Source: an uncultured Clostridia bacterium
GTDB taxonomy: Bacteria > Bacillota > Clostridia > Oscillospirales > Oscillospiraceae
Direction of reading: 5' to 3'
NCBI GenBank assembly: GCA_947367115.1
Contig: CANBCW010000001.1
Location: 12,296 to 76,295 of the forward strand
Length of the DNA: 64,000 nt
Below are positions 43,288-52,371 of this stretch, piece after piece (positions within the stretch are counted from its first letter, which is position 1; each line of letters starts with the position of its first letter). Position numbers and translations under genes: made by a program. Under the pieces are notes generated by a model that searched no databases, had not been told where the DNA came from, and saw only the letters and a list, made by a program, of their open reading frames with translations.

Positions 43288-43950
43288 TTATTCTGTGGTA
43301 TATGCTTTCAGAATGTCGTGATCTGTAAGATCTACTCTCAGTGGTGATACCGTGATGTATCCTTCATTGCGGCAAAGATTAAAATCATTGTCGCCAGAGG
43401 AAGGCCTAGGAACCTGAGCAACACAAGCAAATCGGTACTGTGCATCGCTCAGATCCGGCTGATCCGGGAAGTTGATGTTCAGGCAAGTTGCGCCCCTCCA
43501 ATCAAACTCGTGAATAAATTTATGCAGAACATTTGGAAGAATGGGCCAAAAATTTTTTCCATGCTTCCTTGCACTTAGGGCTATGCTGGGAATACCACGC
43601 ATATTTGCCTCAAGCGCCGCACCAACTGTTCCGGAATAAACAATATCCTGTCCTAGATTAAATCCAGCGTTTACACCAGATATCACCAAATCAATCTCCT
43701 TCGTGACAAATTTCAGGAAGAACCGCACACTGTCACTGGCTGTGCCAGTGTGCGTATAGATGTTCTTCCCTTTGGGATGTATGAAGAAGTTTTGATGAAG
43801 AATTTCGTATTTCCTCGTGGAGTGGGAGTTGCCACTACGTTCACCATTGGGAACACAAGCGTATACTGTACCAAATTGTTCGAGAACAGCCAGGAGCGGA
43901 AGTAAATTCTCGCTCCCAATGCCATCATCGTTAACCACCAGGATATTCAT
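43288..43950 (-). CDS. surE: SurE 5'/3'-nucleotidase
   Basis: NDDGI, SGVNAGFNLG, YSGTVGAALE. Confidence 0.9.
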   Translation of the reverse strand: MNILVVNDDGIGSENLLPLLAVLEQFGTVYACVPNGERSGNSHSTRKYEILHQNFFIHPKGKNIYTHTGTASDSVRFFLKFVTKEIDLVISGVNAGFNLGQDIVYSGTVGAALEANMRGIPSIALSARKHGKNFWPILPNVLHKFIHEFDWRGATCLNINFPDQPDLSDAQYRFACVAQVPRPSSGDNDFNLCRNEGYITVSPLRVDLTDHDILKAYTTE

Positions 43951-43953
43951 GAA

Positions 43954-45345
43954 TTACTCTGCGTCAGCAGTAAAACCGGACATTGCGTTGGCTCTTGCGA
44001 CCCAAGCGTCAAGGTACTGGCAGACGACATCCCAATCGATGTCCTGAGCCTCGATCTTGGCGACATTCTCCATGTACTGTCTGGTGGGGATAACGCGAAC
44101 GATCTTGTTGCCATCAGCATCCAGAGCAGCGGTGTAGTCCTTGTATTCAGCGCCGGAACCGTTCTCGTCCAGATCCTTAGCGTTAGCAACGGTGTAAACG
44201 TTCATGTTTGCGGGGATCATAGAACGAACGTGCTTGTACATCTCAGCAACAACTTCAGCGGTGCCGATCCAGTCCATAAACAGCTGAGCAGCTTCCACAT
44301 TGGTGGTGGTTGCGGTGATAGCAGCACCGAAGACATAACAAGGAACAGCGCCGTATTCGGCAACGCTCAGACGAGCAGCCTTACCAGCAGCCCAGTACCA
44401 GCCCATCTTGTCGATAGCATTGGAAGCAGAGCCAATGGCAATTGCAGTGTTGGAATAGTTGTTGATGAAAGCGCCGGTATTGGTGACAATCTTCTTGGTC
44501 TCAGCGTCAGCCCACTCCTTGCTGCTGTTGTCCAGCATAGCCTGCAGCAGAGCCCAGCCTTCAGCGGAAACGCAGTCGGTGTCGGTAGCGGTGGTGTCGA
44601 TGTACTTGCTCAGCAGGCTAACCAGCAGAGTTTTGTTGGCCAGGTCATTCCAGTCGTTCAGGTATGCGTCCAGGTCGTACTTGCCGATGTAAGCGGAGCC
44701 TTCCTTCCACAGGTCAGTGATGTTGGTCAAACCGTTGACTTCAATGCCACCGAAGGTCTCCTTGTCCTGATGCTTAGCAGTATCAGCGGAGTCGGTAACT
44801 TCATCAGTGTTACGGTAGACGGAGATGATCATTTCCTTTGCGATAGCGAAGTACATATTGTCATCATCGTTCAGGTTAGCGCCAACCTGCTCAGCCCACT
44901 CGGGAACAAAAGCCTTCAGGGCGGAAGCAGCCTTCAGGGCCTGCAGGGAGTAGGTATTCAGGCCGAACACAACGTCAAACTTAGCAGCGGCGATAGCAGC
45001 CACGTCGTACTCGTCCTCGATCTTCACAAATTCAGCGTTGGGGAACTTCTCACGAACCAGGTCGAAGAAGTAAACAACCTGCTCAGCATTCTCGTCAGAG
45101 CCGACGGTGTAACCCTTGGTGGTGTACTTGAAGGACTCAGTGTAGCCAATCTTGATAGCAGTGTTGTAGAAACCTGTAATCTGGTCTGCGGTGTACTTGT
45201 CTTTCCAGTTGTTAATAACGGGTCCAGTGGTGCCAGCAGGCTCGCTGCCGGTAGTGGGGGGATCTTGGGTCTGGCATCCTGCAAAGATGCCCATCATCAT
45301 GATGGCGCACAGCAGCATAGCAATGATTCTAGTGGTCTTCTTCAT
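43954..45345 (-). CDS. Second, divergent substrate-binding lipoprotein
   Basis: FAGC lipobox; shares VP.WA, YF.AI.KE and Q.IDW segments with 42137-43267. Confidence 0.75.
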   Translation of the reverse strand: MKKTTRIIAMLLCAIMMMGIFAGCQTQDPPTTGSEPAGTTGPVINNWKDKYTADQITGFYNTAIKIGYTESFKYTTKGYTVGSDENAEQVVYFFDLVREKFPNAEFVKIEDEYDVAAIAAAKFDVVFGLNTYSLQALKAASALKAFVPEWAEQVGANLNDDDNMYFAIAKEMIISVYRNTDEVTDSADTAKHQDKETFGGIEVNGLTNITDLWKEGSAYIGKYDLDAYLNDWNDLANKTLLVSLLSKYIDTTATDTDCVSAEGWALLQAMLDNSSKEWADAETKKIVTNTGAFINNYSNTAIAIGSASNAIDKMGWYWAAGKAARLSVAEYGAVPCYVFGAAITATTTNVEAAQLFMDWIGTAEVVAEMYKHVRSMIPANMNVYTVANAKDLDENGSGAEYKDYTAALDADGNKIVRVIPTRQYMENVAKIEAQDIDWDVVCQYLDAWVARANAMSGFTADAE

Positions 45346-45453
45346 GTTGTTTCTCCTTTGTATGTTTTTATTGTTTATGTCTCGCGACATAAAGTACATT
45401 TTGGCAGGCCTCAGCTGCTTACCCGGAGGGAATTCATTCTTTTGGCCACAATA

Positions 45454-45484
45454 AGTATATATCAGTAATTGAAACGTGTCAATT
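45454..45484 (-). promoter_or_regulatory. SigA promoter of the cargo operon with overlapping LacI-type operator
   Basis: Minus strand TTGACA-17bp-TATACT; palindrome AATTGAAACGTGTCAATT at 45467-45484. Confidence 0.75.
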
Positions 45485-45682
45485 TTAAAACCCAAAGTGA
45501 TACAACTTTTGTATATACGCCCAAATATCGCAACCTTGTTTTTGGCAATATTCCCATTGTATTTGTAACTTTTATCCTAAACAGATAACTTTTTACAATT
45601 AATGCACTCAAGAAAACTTCATTGAAACGATACAAGGACGCCTTTTTACAACACTTCAGTCGACAACAATCACTTGCTTTTT

Positions 45683-45732
45683 TTGCATTAGTTTTGTATG
45701 ATAGGTATACTATTAATTGATTGGTTTCAATT
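45683..45732 (+). promoter_or_regulatory. Promoter and operator of the LacI-family gene
   Basis: TTGCAT-17bp-TATACT followed by AATTGATTGGTTTCAATT. Confidence 0.6.
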
Positions 45733-45752
45733 TCTATTGAAAGGAGTGCCAT

Positions 45753-47924
45753 ATGGCTACGATCAAAGACATCGCACGCGCCGCTGGCGTATCACAAGGT
45801 ACAGTTTCTAATGTTCTGAATAACACCGGCAAAGTCAGTACGGAAAAGATCCGGCGTGTGGAAGAAGCAATCGCCCGTTTGGGCTATGTGCCGAATGTTC
45901 AGGCATCCCTCCTCCGTCAAGGTACTCCGAAGACAATTGCCATCATTGTCCCTACCTTGGAGGAGGCTGCTTATCTAGATTTTTATCTTGCGGCTCAGTC
46001 TGCTGTACTGGCTGCAGGATACGAAGCATGCATCTATACCACCGACGATACCGACAACATTGAAGCTAATGTTTTGGAAAAGCTCCGAATTTCCAGTATT
46101 TTTACAGTTTTGACCGTTTCCACTTTAAGTGATCGGTGCTGTGACATTTACCAGAACTTCCCCTGCCCCGTTATATATATTGAGCGCAAGCCCCAAGTTC
46201 TGCGCCCTCAGGACGCTTTCTATGGTTTTGATATCATCGCAATCGCGCAAGAATGGGCAAGCATACTATCCAGCTCCAATTGGAAGCGTGTTGCCCTGTT
46301 CATGTCGCCTAAGCATTTCCTGCATACGCCCAAAACCGCCCAAATTTTGGACGATGCTGCCGCAACCAAAGGCATTGTGCTGACTCGTTTCTTTTCCGAT
46401 ATCAGTCTATCCTTGGCCACTGCGTTTGATATCGTGCAGGCATCCCCGGCATTTGATGCGATCGTTTCCATCGGCTCTACATATACCTCCAGCGTGGAAA
46501 CTGCATTCTCCATCTGCAAAATGACTCAGCAGCCTGCACTAATCTCCATCAACAACGCCTCTACATATCAATCTGCCAATCACGAAGTGTATGAGATGGA
46601 TTTCCGTCTGCTCGGCGTCACCGCTGCCAATGCAGCACTATACCACGCCAACAGTGGCGAGCTCTCCCCTTCTGAAACCAATCTGATGCCCAAGGGTTTC
46701 CCGTATCGTTTCCCACAGATTGTCAAGGTAGATCCCATGAGCATTTCCATGTTCACTCTGGATAATCCTTCCACAAATGCTTTGCGAAAGCTTCTGCCAA
46801 TGTTTGAAGCCATCAGCGGAATCAAAGTAGAATTGGTTTGTGTTCCATATGAAGAGCTGCACTCACAGCTGGATAGCTTGACCGAAGCAAGTCCTTTTGA
46901 CATTATACGAATCGACATGGCCGACTTCCCGCAGCTCGGCAATCGTCTTTACTCTCCCCTGTCCGACATTCTCCCGCCCGATGGGTTGAGAAAGCAGCTC
47001 CAGGATGGCATCTATGGACGGTATTCCCTGATTGATGGCGTACCGCACGCTCTTCCCTTTGATCCAAGCGTAATGCTGTTCTTGTATCGGCAGGATCTAT
47101 TCTCCAATGCATTGCTGCAACGTGCCTATTATGAGGAGTACCGCGAAAAGCTGGAAGTTCCGACCACGATTGAGCAGTACGTGCGTATTGCACAGTTCTT
47201 CACCCGATCTATCTACGATAAATCTCCTACGGAGTTTGGATCAACCACCACCTGCGGTTCTGATGCCACATTCGCTTCCGACTTCCTGCCCTTCTATCTA
47301 GGCTCCGGCGGTTTCGTCACCAGCAACGCCAAACTGCATCCTCTGAATTCCCCCGAAATGGTCGCTGCAATGACCAAATATAAGGAAATGCAAAACTTTA
47401 CCAGCAAGCAGCAGTGGTGGAGAGACAGCTTGCGGCAATTCGCCTCCGGCAACACCGCCATGACCGTTGTCTACTCCAACTATGTATCTGACGTAATCAA
47501 TACGCAGTATTCCAGCGTTGTCGGGCAAGTCGGTGCCGCAGTCCTTCCCGGTGGACATCCCCTGCTTGGTGGTGGTGTAATCGGTGTTTCCAAGTTCAGT
47601 AAAAAGCAGGAAGCCTGTAGACAATTCCTCAGATGGTTCTATTCTGACGATATTGCTTCTCTCATTGTGCGACTTGGCGGCACATCACCTCTTATCAGTG
47701 CTTACAGTAATTTCGGCAACGTCAGTCCCTATCCCTGGCTTGCCGCAAAGAAAGAAAGCATCGCTTGCGGTACCCGTGGCACGGACGATGTTTCGATTCC
47801 CGGTTTCTCTATCCGTCGTTATGAGTTCGCCATCGGCACCGCCATCCAGAAACTGGTGCTCGAGGATCTTTCTCCGGAACATGCTGCTGTTATAGCCCAG
47901 ACACTATACGATTTTTATAAATAA
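45753..47924 (+). CDS. LacI-family regulator fused to an extra solute-binding domain
   Basis: MATIKDIARAAGVSQGTVSNVLN HTH; C-terminal sugar-SBP-like HALPFD, YRQDLF, PLLGGG. Confidence 0.85.
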   Translation: MATIKDIARAAGVSQGTVSNVLNNTGKVSTEKIRRVEEAIARLGYVPNVQASLLRQGTPKTIAIIVPTLEEAAYLDFYLAAQSAVLAAGYEACIYTTDDTDNIEANVLEKLRISSIFTVLTVSTLSDRCCDIYQNFPCPVIYIERKPQVLRPQDAFYGFDIIAIAQEWASILSSSNWKRVALFMSPKHFLHTPKTAQILDDAAATKGIVLTRFFSDISLSLATAFDIVQASPAFDAIVSIGSTYTSSVETAFSICKMTQQPALISINNASTYQSANHEVYEMDFRLLGVTAANAALYHANSGELSPSETNLMPKGFPYRFPQIVKVDPMSISMFTLDNPSTNALRKLLPMFEAISGIKVELVCVPYEELHSQLDSLTEASPFDIIRIDMADFPQLGNRLYSPLSDILPPDGLRKQLQDGIYGRYSLIDGVPHALPFDPSVMLFLYRQDLFSNALLQRAYYEEYREKLEVPTTIEQYVRIAQFFTRSIYDKSPTEFGSTTTCGSDATFASDFLPFYLGSGGFVTSNAKLHPLNSPEMVAAMTKYKEMQNFTSKQQWWRDSLRQFASGNTAMTVVYSNYVSDVINTQYSSVVGQVGAAVLPGGHPLLGGGVIGVSKFSKKQEACRQFLRWFYSDDIASLIVRLGGTSPLISAYSNFGNVSPYPWLAAKKESIACGTRGTDDVSIPGFSIRRYEFAIGTAIQKLVLEDLSPEHAAVIAQTLYDFYK

Positions 47925-47938
47925 GGGAGCCACCTGAT

Positions 47939-48550
47939 ATGATCGATACTATTATTTTTGATATTGGCAACGTTCTGCTGGATTTCGACTACATGAAAGA
48001 ATTCCGCAAACTCTTCAGCGAAGAAATATCAGAAACCATCGCAAATATCAGCATTCGCAACCCCGATGTGTGGGTCGAAATGGATCGTGGTGTCCTTTCC
48101 TATGATGAAGCGGTGGATCTAATCATCCAGGGTGCACCTCATTTAGGGAAAGAGATCCGCTTAGCAGTCAAGGAACTTTATGACAATGTAGATGCCTTCC
48201 CTTACGCTGTCGATTGGGTAAAGCAGCTAAAGGAGAAAGGCTACCGAATCTACATACTATCCAACTATGGTGAAAAACCTTTTGCTAACAGCAAGATACA
48301 TATGCCTTTCTTGCAGTACGTGGATGGCCAACTGATTTCCTACGAGATCCAGGAAGTCAAACCCAACGCCGCCATCTACCAAGCGATCTGCGACAGATTT
48401 GAGATTGAACCCAGCAAAGCTGTATTCATCGACGACAGCGCCGCCAATATCGCCGGTGCCAAAACCTTCGGCCTAAATACAATCCATTTCACAAGCTACA
48501 AAGATGCCGTCGCACAACTCCAAACGCTTTCGCTTGCACACGGAGCGTAA
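47939..48550 (+). CDS. HAD-family phosphatase
   Basis: FDIGNVL, LSN, KP, FIDD. Confidence 0.9.
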   Translation: MIDTIIFDIGNVLLDFDYMKEFRKLFSEEISETIANISIRNPDVWVEMDRGVLSYDEAVDLIIQGAPHLGKEIRLAVKELYDNVDAFPYAVDWVKQLKEKGYRIYILSNYGEKPFANSKIHMPFLQYVDGQLISYEIQEVKPNAAIYQAICDRFEIEPSKAVFIDDSAANIAGAKTFGLNTIHFTSYKDAVAQLQTLSLAHGA

Positions 48551-48575
48551 CCCTTTGTGCCGCTATATATAACTG

Positions 48576-48610
48576 AAGCCTCTCAAGGATACCCTTGAGG
48601 GGTTTTCTTT
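48576..48610. terminator. Intrinsic terminator
   Basis: AAGCCTCTCAAGG-ATAC-CCTTGAGGGGTTT followed by a T-rich tail. Confidence 0.65.
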
Positions 48611-48627
48611 TATCTCAAGAGTTATCC

Positions 48628-49119
48628 TTATTCGTTCTTAGCATTTTCTGCTACCATCGCCTCGGCGAGATTGATGACCAGCTTTCCTCGCTGGATAGCA
48701 TACTGGACAGCCCTCCAAGCTGTATTGCTTTGGTGTGTGATATAGCACAGGATCAAGTCCGCCCGCTCAATCATTGACCAATTGCGTACATGGATTACAT
48801 ATTTGGGCCGCACCGTAGATGCCGCGGTGCAAACTTCGATTTCAGAATAATAGCACTCTGCACTATCTATATTATTGATATATTCCGATGTGATATCAGG
48901 GACCACTAGGACAAGAGCGCTATTATCATCTCGATACCGTCTACGCATCCGATGCACTGCTGAAGATGCCAACTGATCAAACTCCCCATTGCATCCAACA
49001 AGGAATTTCACGTAATATTTTTTTGACAACAGCCGATAGATGTGATCATCTAAACATTTTTCCAATTCGCATGGTTGTTCTATATGCTTGTGGCCGAAGA
49101 AAGCAACTGTAAAGATCAT
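48628..49119 (-). CDS. SLOG-like protein
   Basis: AFFGH, VG.NGEFD, RNWSMIERAD, AVQYA..GK.VINL. Confidence 0.6.
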   Translation of the reverse strand: MIFTVAFFGHKHIEQPCELEKCLDDHIYRLLSKKYYVKFLVGCNGEFDQLASSAVHRMRRRYRDDNSALVLVVPDITSEYINNIDSAECYYSEIEVCTAASTVRPKYVIHVRNWSMIERADLILCYITHQSNTAWRAVQYAIQRGKLVINLAEAMVAENAKNE

Positions 49120-49304
49120 ATTCTACCCCGACAGCAAAAATTCAGAAAGTTTATTGTTGCACACGCACTCGACGACTAAAGGCACTAGAACCATCACATT
49201 TCATATTCATAGTATATCTTATTTGTGAAAAAATATCAATAGTCTATAGCAAATTCTTTTCAGAATTTATAGACTATATACAATAAAGCAAGGATGGGAT
49301 CACA

Positions 49305-49643
49305 ATGAGTGAGATTGCAAGAGTGGTTGGGCAACGCATCAGGTATTACAGAATCAACCTAGGGTTGAGTCAGGAAAAACTAGCCGAACTATCCGGTTGT
49401 CATCCAACCTATGTTGGTCAGTTAGAGCGTGGAGAAAAGAATGCGACAATTGAGAGCATCGAACGGATTTGTGTGGCATTGAGCATTTCGCTGTCCAGAT
49501 TATTTGAAAAATTGGGCAGCGATCAAGCCGAAACACAGAACACGCCACAAGATTGTTACGAATTTCTCTTAACCAAATCTCCGACAGAGCAGGAACAGCT
49601 ATATAACATTCTGCTCGAAATAGATAAATACAAGACATTTTAA
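49305..49643 (+). CDS. XRE-family HTH regulator
   Basis: GLSQEKLAELSGCHPTYVGQLERGEKN. Confidence 0.9.
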   Translation: MSEIARVVGQRIRYYRINLGLSQEKLAELSGCHPTYVGQLERGEKNATIESIERICVALSISLSRLFEKLGSDQAETQNTPQDCYEFLLTKSPTEQEQLYNILLEIDKYKTF

Positions 49644-49818
49644 TGACGATAGACACAATGGTTAACATCACCATGGCATCTATTGTGTATTCTATTTAGA
49701 TATTTGTGTTTTTTAGCCGCCGATGCATTTTGCTATCGGCGGCTTTGATTAGGCCTAAGGTTCTGCTGTATAAGAACCCTCCCCTAAAAAATAAACAATC
49801 CTCGCCAAAGATTCCGTC

Positions 49819-49847
49819 TTGACAAAATAGAACATTTGTTTTATAAT
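49819..49847 (+). promoter_or_regulatory. Consensus SigA promoter with LexA (SOS) box in the spacer
   Basis: TTGACA-17bp-TATAAT; GAAC-ATTT-GTTT at 49830-49841. Confidence 0.75.
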
Positions 49848-49932
49848 CAAGACACACATCAAAAACAGTCTCCTAAATAGGAATTGAGACGTTCTGTGGT
49901 GTATGTATGGTTGAGTGTTAGGAGGGATACTA

Positions 49933-50631
49933 ATGGCTTTTCTTTCTAGAGAAGATATTGAACGTATCGCTGAGCCAATCATCGCACGATACAAGCAAAC
50001 CTTCGTACCTGATCGGCATTTGTGCTATACTGTAGATCCCACACAACTTGCATCATTTCTGGGTTATCAGATCGAGTACGCCCGCATCACAAAAGACGGT
50101 AGCATCCTTGGACAGACTTCGTCCAGCCGTATCTGGACGACCATCTATGATGCCGATATGAACGAAGTATTCTTTCTTCTTGACGGTCAAACCATCCTCA
50201 TCGATGATCGCCTGCTCAAGAATCAGCGGAATATTGGTCGAAGAAATTTCACCATTGCACATGAGCTTGCCCACCAAATTATCAATCGGCAGTTTCCAGA
50301 GATGTACGGGCCACAAAACCGTACTTTCTGCGACTTCCGCCGTTCTTCGAAACCGGTGACCGACTGGTACGAATGGCAGGCAGATGCCCTTGCAGCGGCG
50401 CTACTTCTTCCCCCGGATGCCGTGCGTGATGGAATGTTTGTCTGCGGTCTTGGAGAAAAGATGCGTCTGTTAAGCCGTAAATACTCAGAAACCAATTACC
50501 ACCGCTTCTGTGACATGGCAGATTACCTTCAAGTTTCACGGACTGCTCTCGCTTATCGCATGGAACATCTCGGCTTACTGGAGCGCAATCTACTAGTGCA
50601 GGAGGCAAAGGCAAGGAAAGGAGCTGCGTAA
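49933..50631 (+). CDS. ImmA/IrrE-family metallopeptidase
   Basis: RRNFTIAHELAH, EWQADALAAALLLP. Confidence 0.9.
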   Translation: MAFLSREDIERIAEPIIARYKQTFVPDRHLCYTVDPTQLASFLGYQIEYARITKDGSILGQTSSSRIWTTIYDADMNEVFFLLDGQTILIDDRLLKNQRNIGRRNFTIAHELAHQIINRQFPEMYGPQNRTFCDFRRSSKPVTDWYEWQADALAAALLLPPDAVRDGMFVCGLGEKMRLLSRKYSETNYHRFCDMADYLQVSRTALAYRMEHLGLLERNLLVQEAKARKGAA

Positions 50632-50633
50632 AT

Positions 50634-50843
50634 ATGGCAACAGAAAAAGACAGCACCCCACGTGCGGCAGTCCGCTGCGAAAATTGCAAAAAGATCCTGG
50701 CATTCAAGTTAGGGACCGCCAGCGGCTTTCTTCAATTGAAATGCCCCGTCTGCAAGACAGAAATCAAAGTTGACCTTTCACTTCGCCGTGGGAAAGTGTA
50801 CAACCGAAGGGCAACATACCCCATGACCATCGCATTTATGTAA
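50634..50843 (+). CDS. Small zinc-ribbon protein (Mu Com-like)
   Basis: VRCENCKKIL ... LKCPVCK; RBS AAGGAG. Confidence 0.65.
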   Translation: MATEKDSTPRAAVRCENCKKILAFKLGTASGFLQLKCPVCKTEIKVDLSLRRGKVYNRRATYPMTIAFM

Positions 50844-50902
50844 TCTAATAGCGAGTTCATTGACTCCGAGAAGGCACGCCACTAAATGTGGGTGAAATCC
50901 GG

Positions 50903-50970
50903 TACCGGGCGTGAACGAATGTAGAGTAGGGATACTCTATCCATTCGTTGCGCCCGGTATTTTTTATTTT
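50903..50970 (+). terminator. Long-stem intrinsic terminator/attenuator
   Basis: TACCGGGCG/CGCCCGGTA, AACGAATG/CATTCGTT, TAGAGTA/TACTCTA, GGGA loop, then a T-run. Confidence 0.7.
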
Positions 50971-50995
50971 TCAGTATCCAGGACAGGAGGTGATT

Positions 50996-51367
50996 GTGTT
51001 GAATACCAGCCAGCTATCTAACGATGTTAAGTATGTTTCGGAACGTTGCCGAGAATTCCGTAAAAAGGCGAATAAATCTCAGTATGACTTATCCGATATT
51101 ACTGGATTAAGTCCCAACACAATCGCCCGATTGGAAAACGATCAGCGCATCCCCGATTTGGAGCAGATCTTTCGATATTGCTACGCTCTCAATGTTCCGG
51201 TGACTGACTTTCTTCCTCTCAGCGTCCAGTCCCTCGGTTCAAGTAACAAATCCATTCCCCTTAGATCGGCATATAGCCGTCTGTCTGATGCAAATAAAGA
51301 ATTTGTTCTTACCGCAATGAGCGCATTGGTAGATGGATTACTTACTCAACAATTTGCCAAACAATAA
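50996..51367 (+). CDS. XRE-family HTH regulator
   Basis: SQYDLSDITGLSPNTIARLENDQRIP; RBS AGGAGGTG. Confidence 0.85.
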   Translation: MLNTSQLSNDVKYVSERCREFRKKANKSQYDLSDITGLSPNTIARLENDQRIPDLEQIFRYCYALNVPVTDFLPLSVQSLGSSNKSIPLRSAYSRLSDANKEFVLTAMSALVDGLLTQQFAKQ

Positions 51368-51445
51368 AATCCACCCATTTGGGTGGATTCCGAGCCAAAA
51401 TCCACCCGTTTGGGTGAGGTAAAGCCCTAGCAAACACGATATAAT
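51366..51445 (+). promoter_or_regulatory. Tandem palindromic operators and -10 box
   Basis: AAAATCCACCC-RTTT-GGGTG at 51366 and 51397; TATAAT at 51440. Confidence 0.65.
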
Positions 51446-51451
51446 TAGCTC

Positions 51452-51710
51452 AGCAATTCGGACAACACCGAAGACGCTATGAACCTTCAAAACTAAATGA
51501 TCAGCCAGATCATGATACCATCTACCGGGGGAAGTGCCGCGATGACAGGAGCGCACCAACGAAAGAGATACGCCGCTGTGATCCAGGGGCAGGAACGGGA
51601 TCTGGATAGACTGACGTAATGCAAACAGAAGCACCCGTAAACCGGGTGCTTCGTTTGTAGCCTCACCTAATGACCAGTAACTGCAGTATTGATCATTAGC
51701 TGAAGCTATA
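51452..51710 (+). ncRNA. Putative structured leader RNA
   Basis: boxA-like TGAACCTTCAAAACTAAAT; long-range CCAGATC/GATCTGG stem; further hairpins at 51622-51657 and 51667-51699. Confidence 0.45.
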
Positions 51711-51740
51711 AACACAACACTACAGGAGAATATTTTGATT

Positions 51741-52082
51741 ATGAAGTACAGAAAAAATGTTACAGTACTGGTCCCCAGCGAATTGCTGTATGCCTTCGAT
51801 CCTGATCAGGATAATGTATTCATCGCCGCCCGTGAACGCGGTATGATCGTCCTGCGCCCTATCGCCGCCAGTTCCGCAAGCCCTTGCGATGTCAGCAAAA
51901 GCGACTTTCAAAAAGGCTATCTGGCCGGAATGAGCGCAGGCTATGACAAAGGCTATTCTGATGCAATGGATTATGAAGCATTCGCCAACAAGGATGAAGA
52001 TGTTTGCCCCGACTGTGCAGGCTTTTGTTATGCCTGCCCTCACTACGATGACCTGTTCGATGTGTGCAGGTTTTATTCCTAA
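51741..52082 (+). CDS. Small protein with Cys-rich C-terminus
   Basis: RBS AGGAG; CPDC..C..C motif. Confidence 0.6.
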   Translation: MKYRKNVTVLVPSELLYAFDPDQDNVFIAARERGMIVLRPIAASSASPCDVSKSDFQKGYLAGMSAGYDKGYSDAMDYEAFANKDEDVCPDCAGFCYACPHYDDLFDVCRFYS

Positions 52083-52093
52083 GGTATACCATC

Positions 52094-52345
52094 ATGGCCC
52101 GCATTCACAATAATAATCCCTGTACAGAAATGTGCTTGTGCCGCCAATGTGCAAACACATTTTACAGATCGAACGAACACCGAATTATTCGGGCTGATCC
52201 AATTCAAGTCATCAAGGAACTGTGCGATTGCTGCAGGACCAGGCGTGGATATGATTTCATCATATCAATGCCCATGCGAAAAGAATTACCAGAAGTGTAT
52301 CCCCCATTGTGCCGAACAGGTATTCCGATTTCAAAATCACAATAG
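52094..52345 (+). CDS. Small zinc-finger-like protein
   Basis: LCRQC and CDCC..RRGYDF. Confidence 0.55.
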   Translation: MARIHNNNPCTEMCLCRQCANTFYRSNEHRIIRADPIQVIKELCDCCRTRRGYDFIISMPMRKELPEVYPPLCRTGIPISKSQ

Positions 52346-52371
52346 AATGTTCCGAGGAAGGAGGCCGTCCA

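Noticed and set aside
49305..49643. Restriction-modification controller (C) protein
   Set aside because: The HTH is similar, but there is no adjacent endonuclease or methyltransferase.
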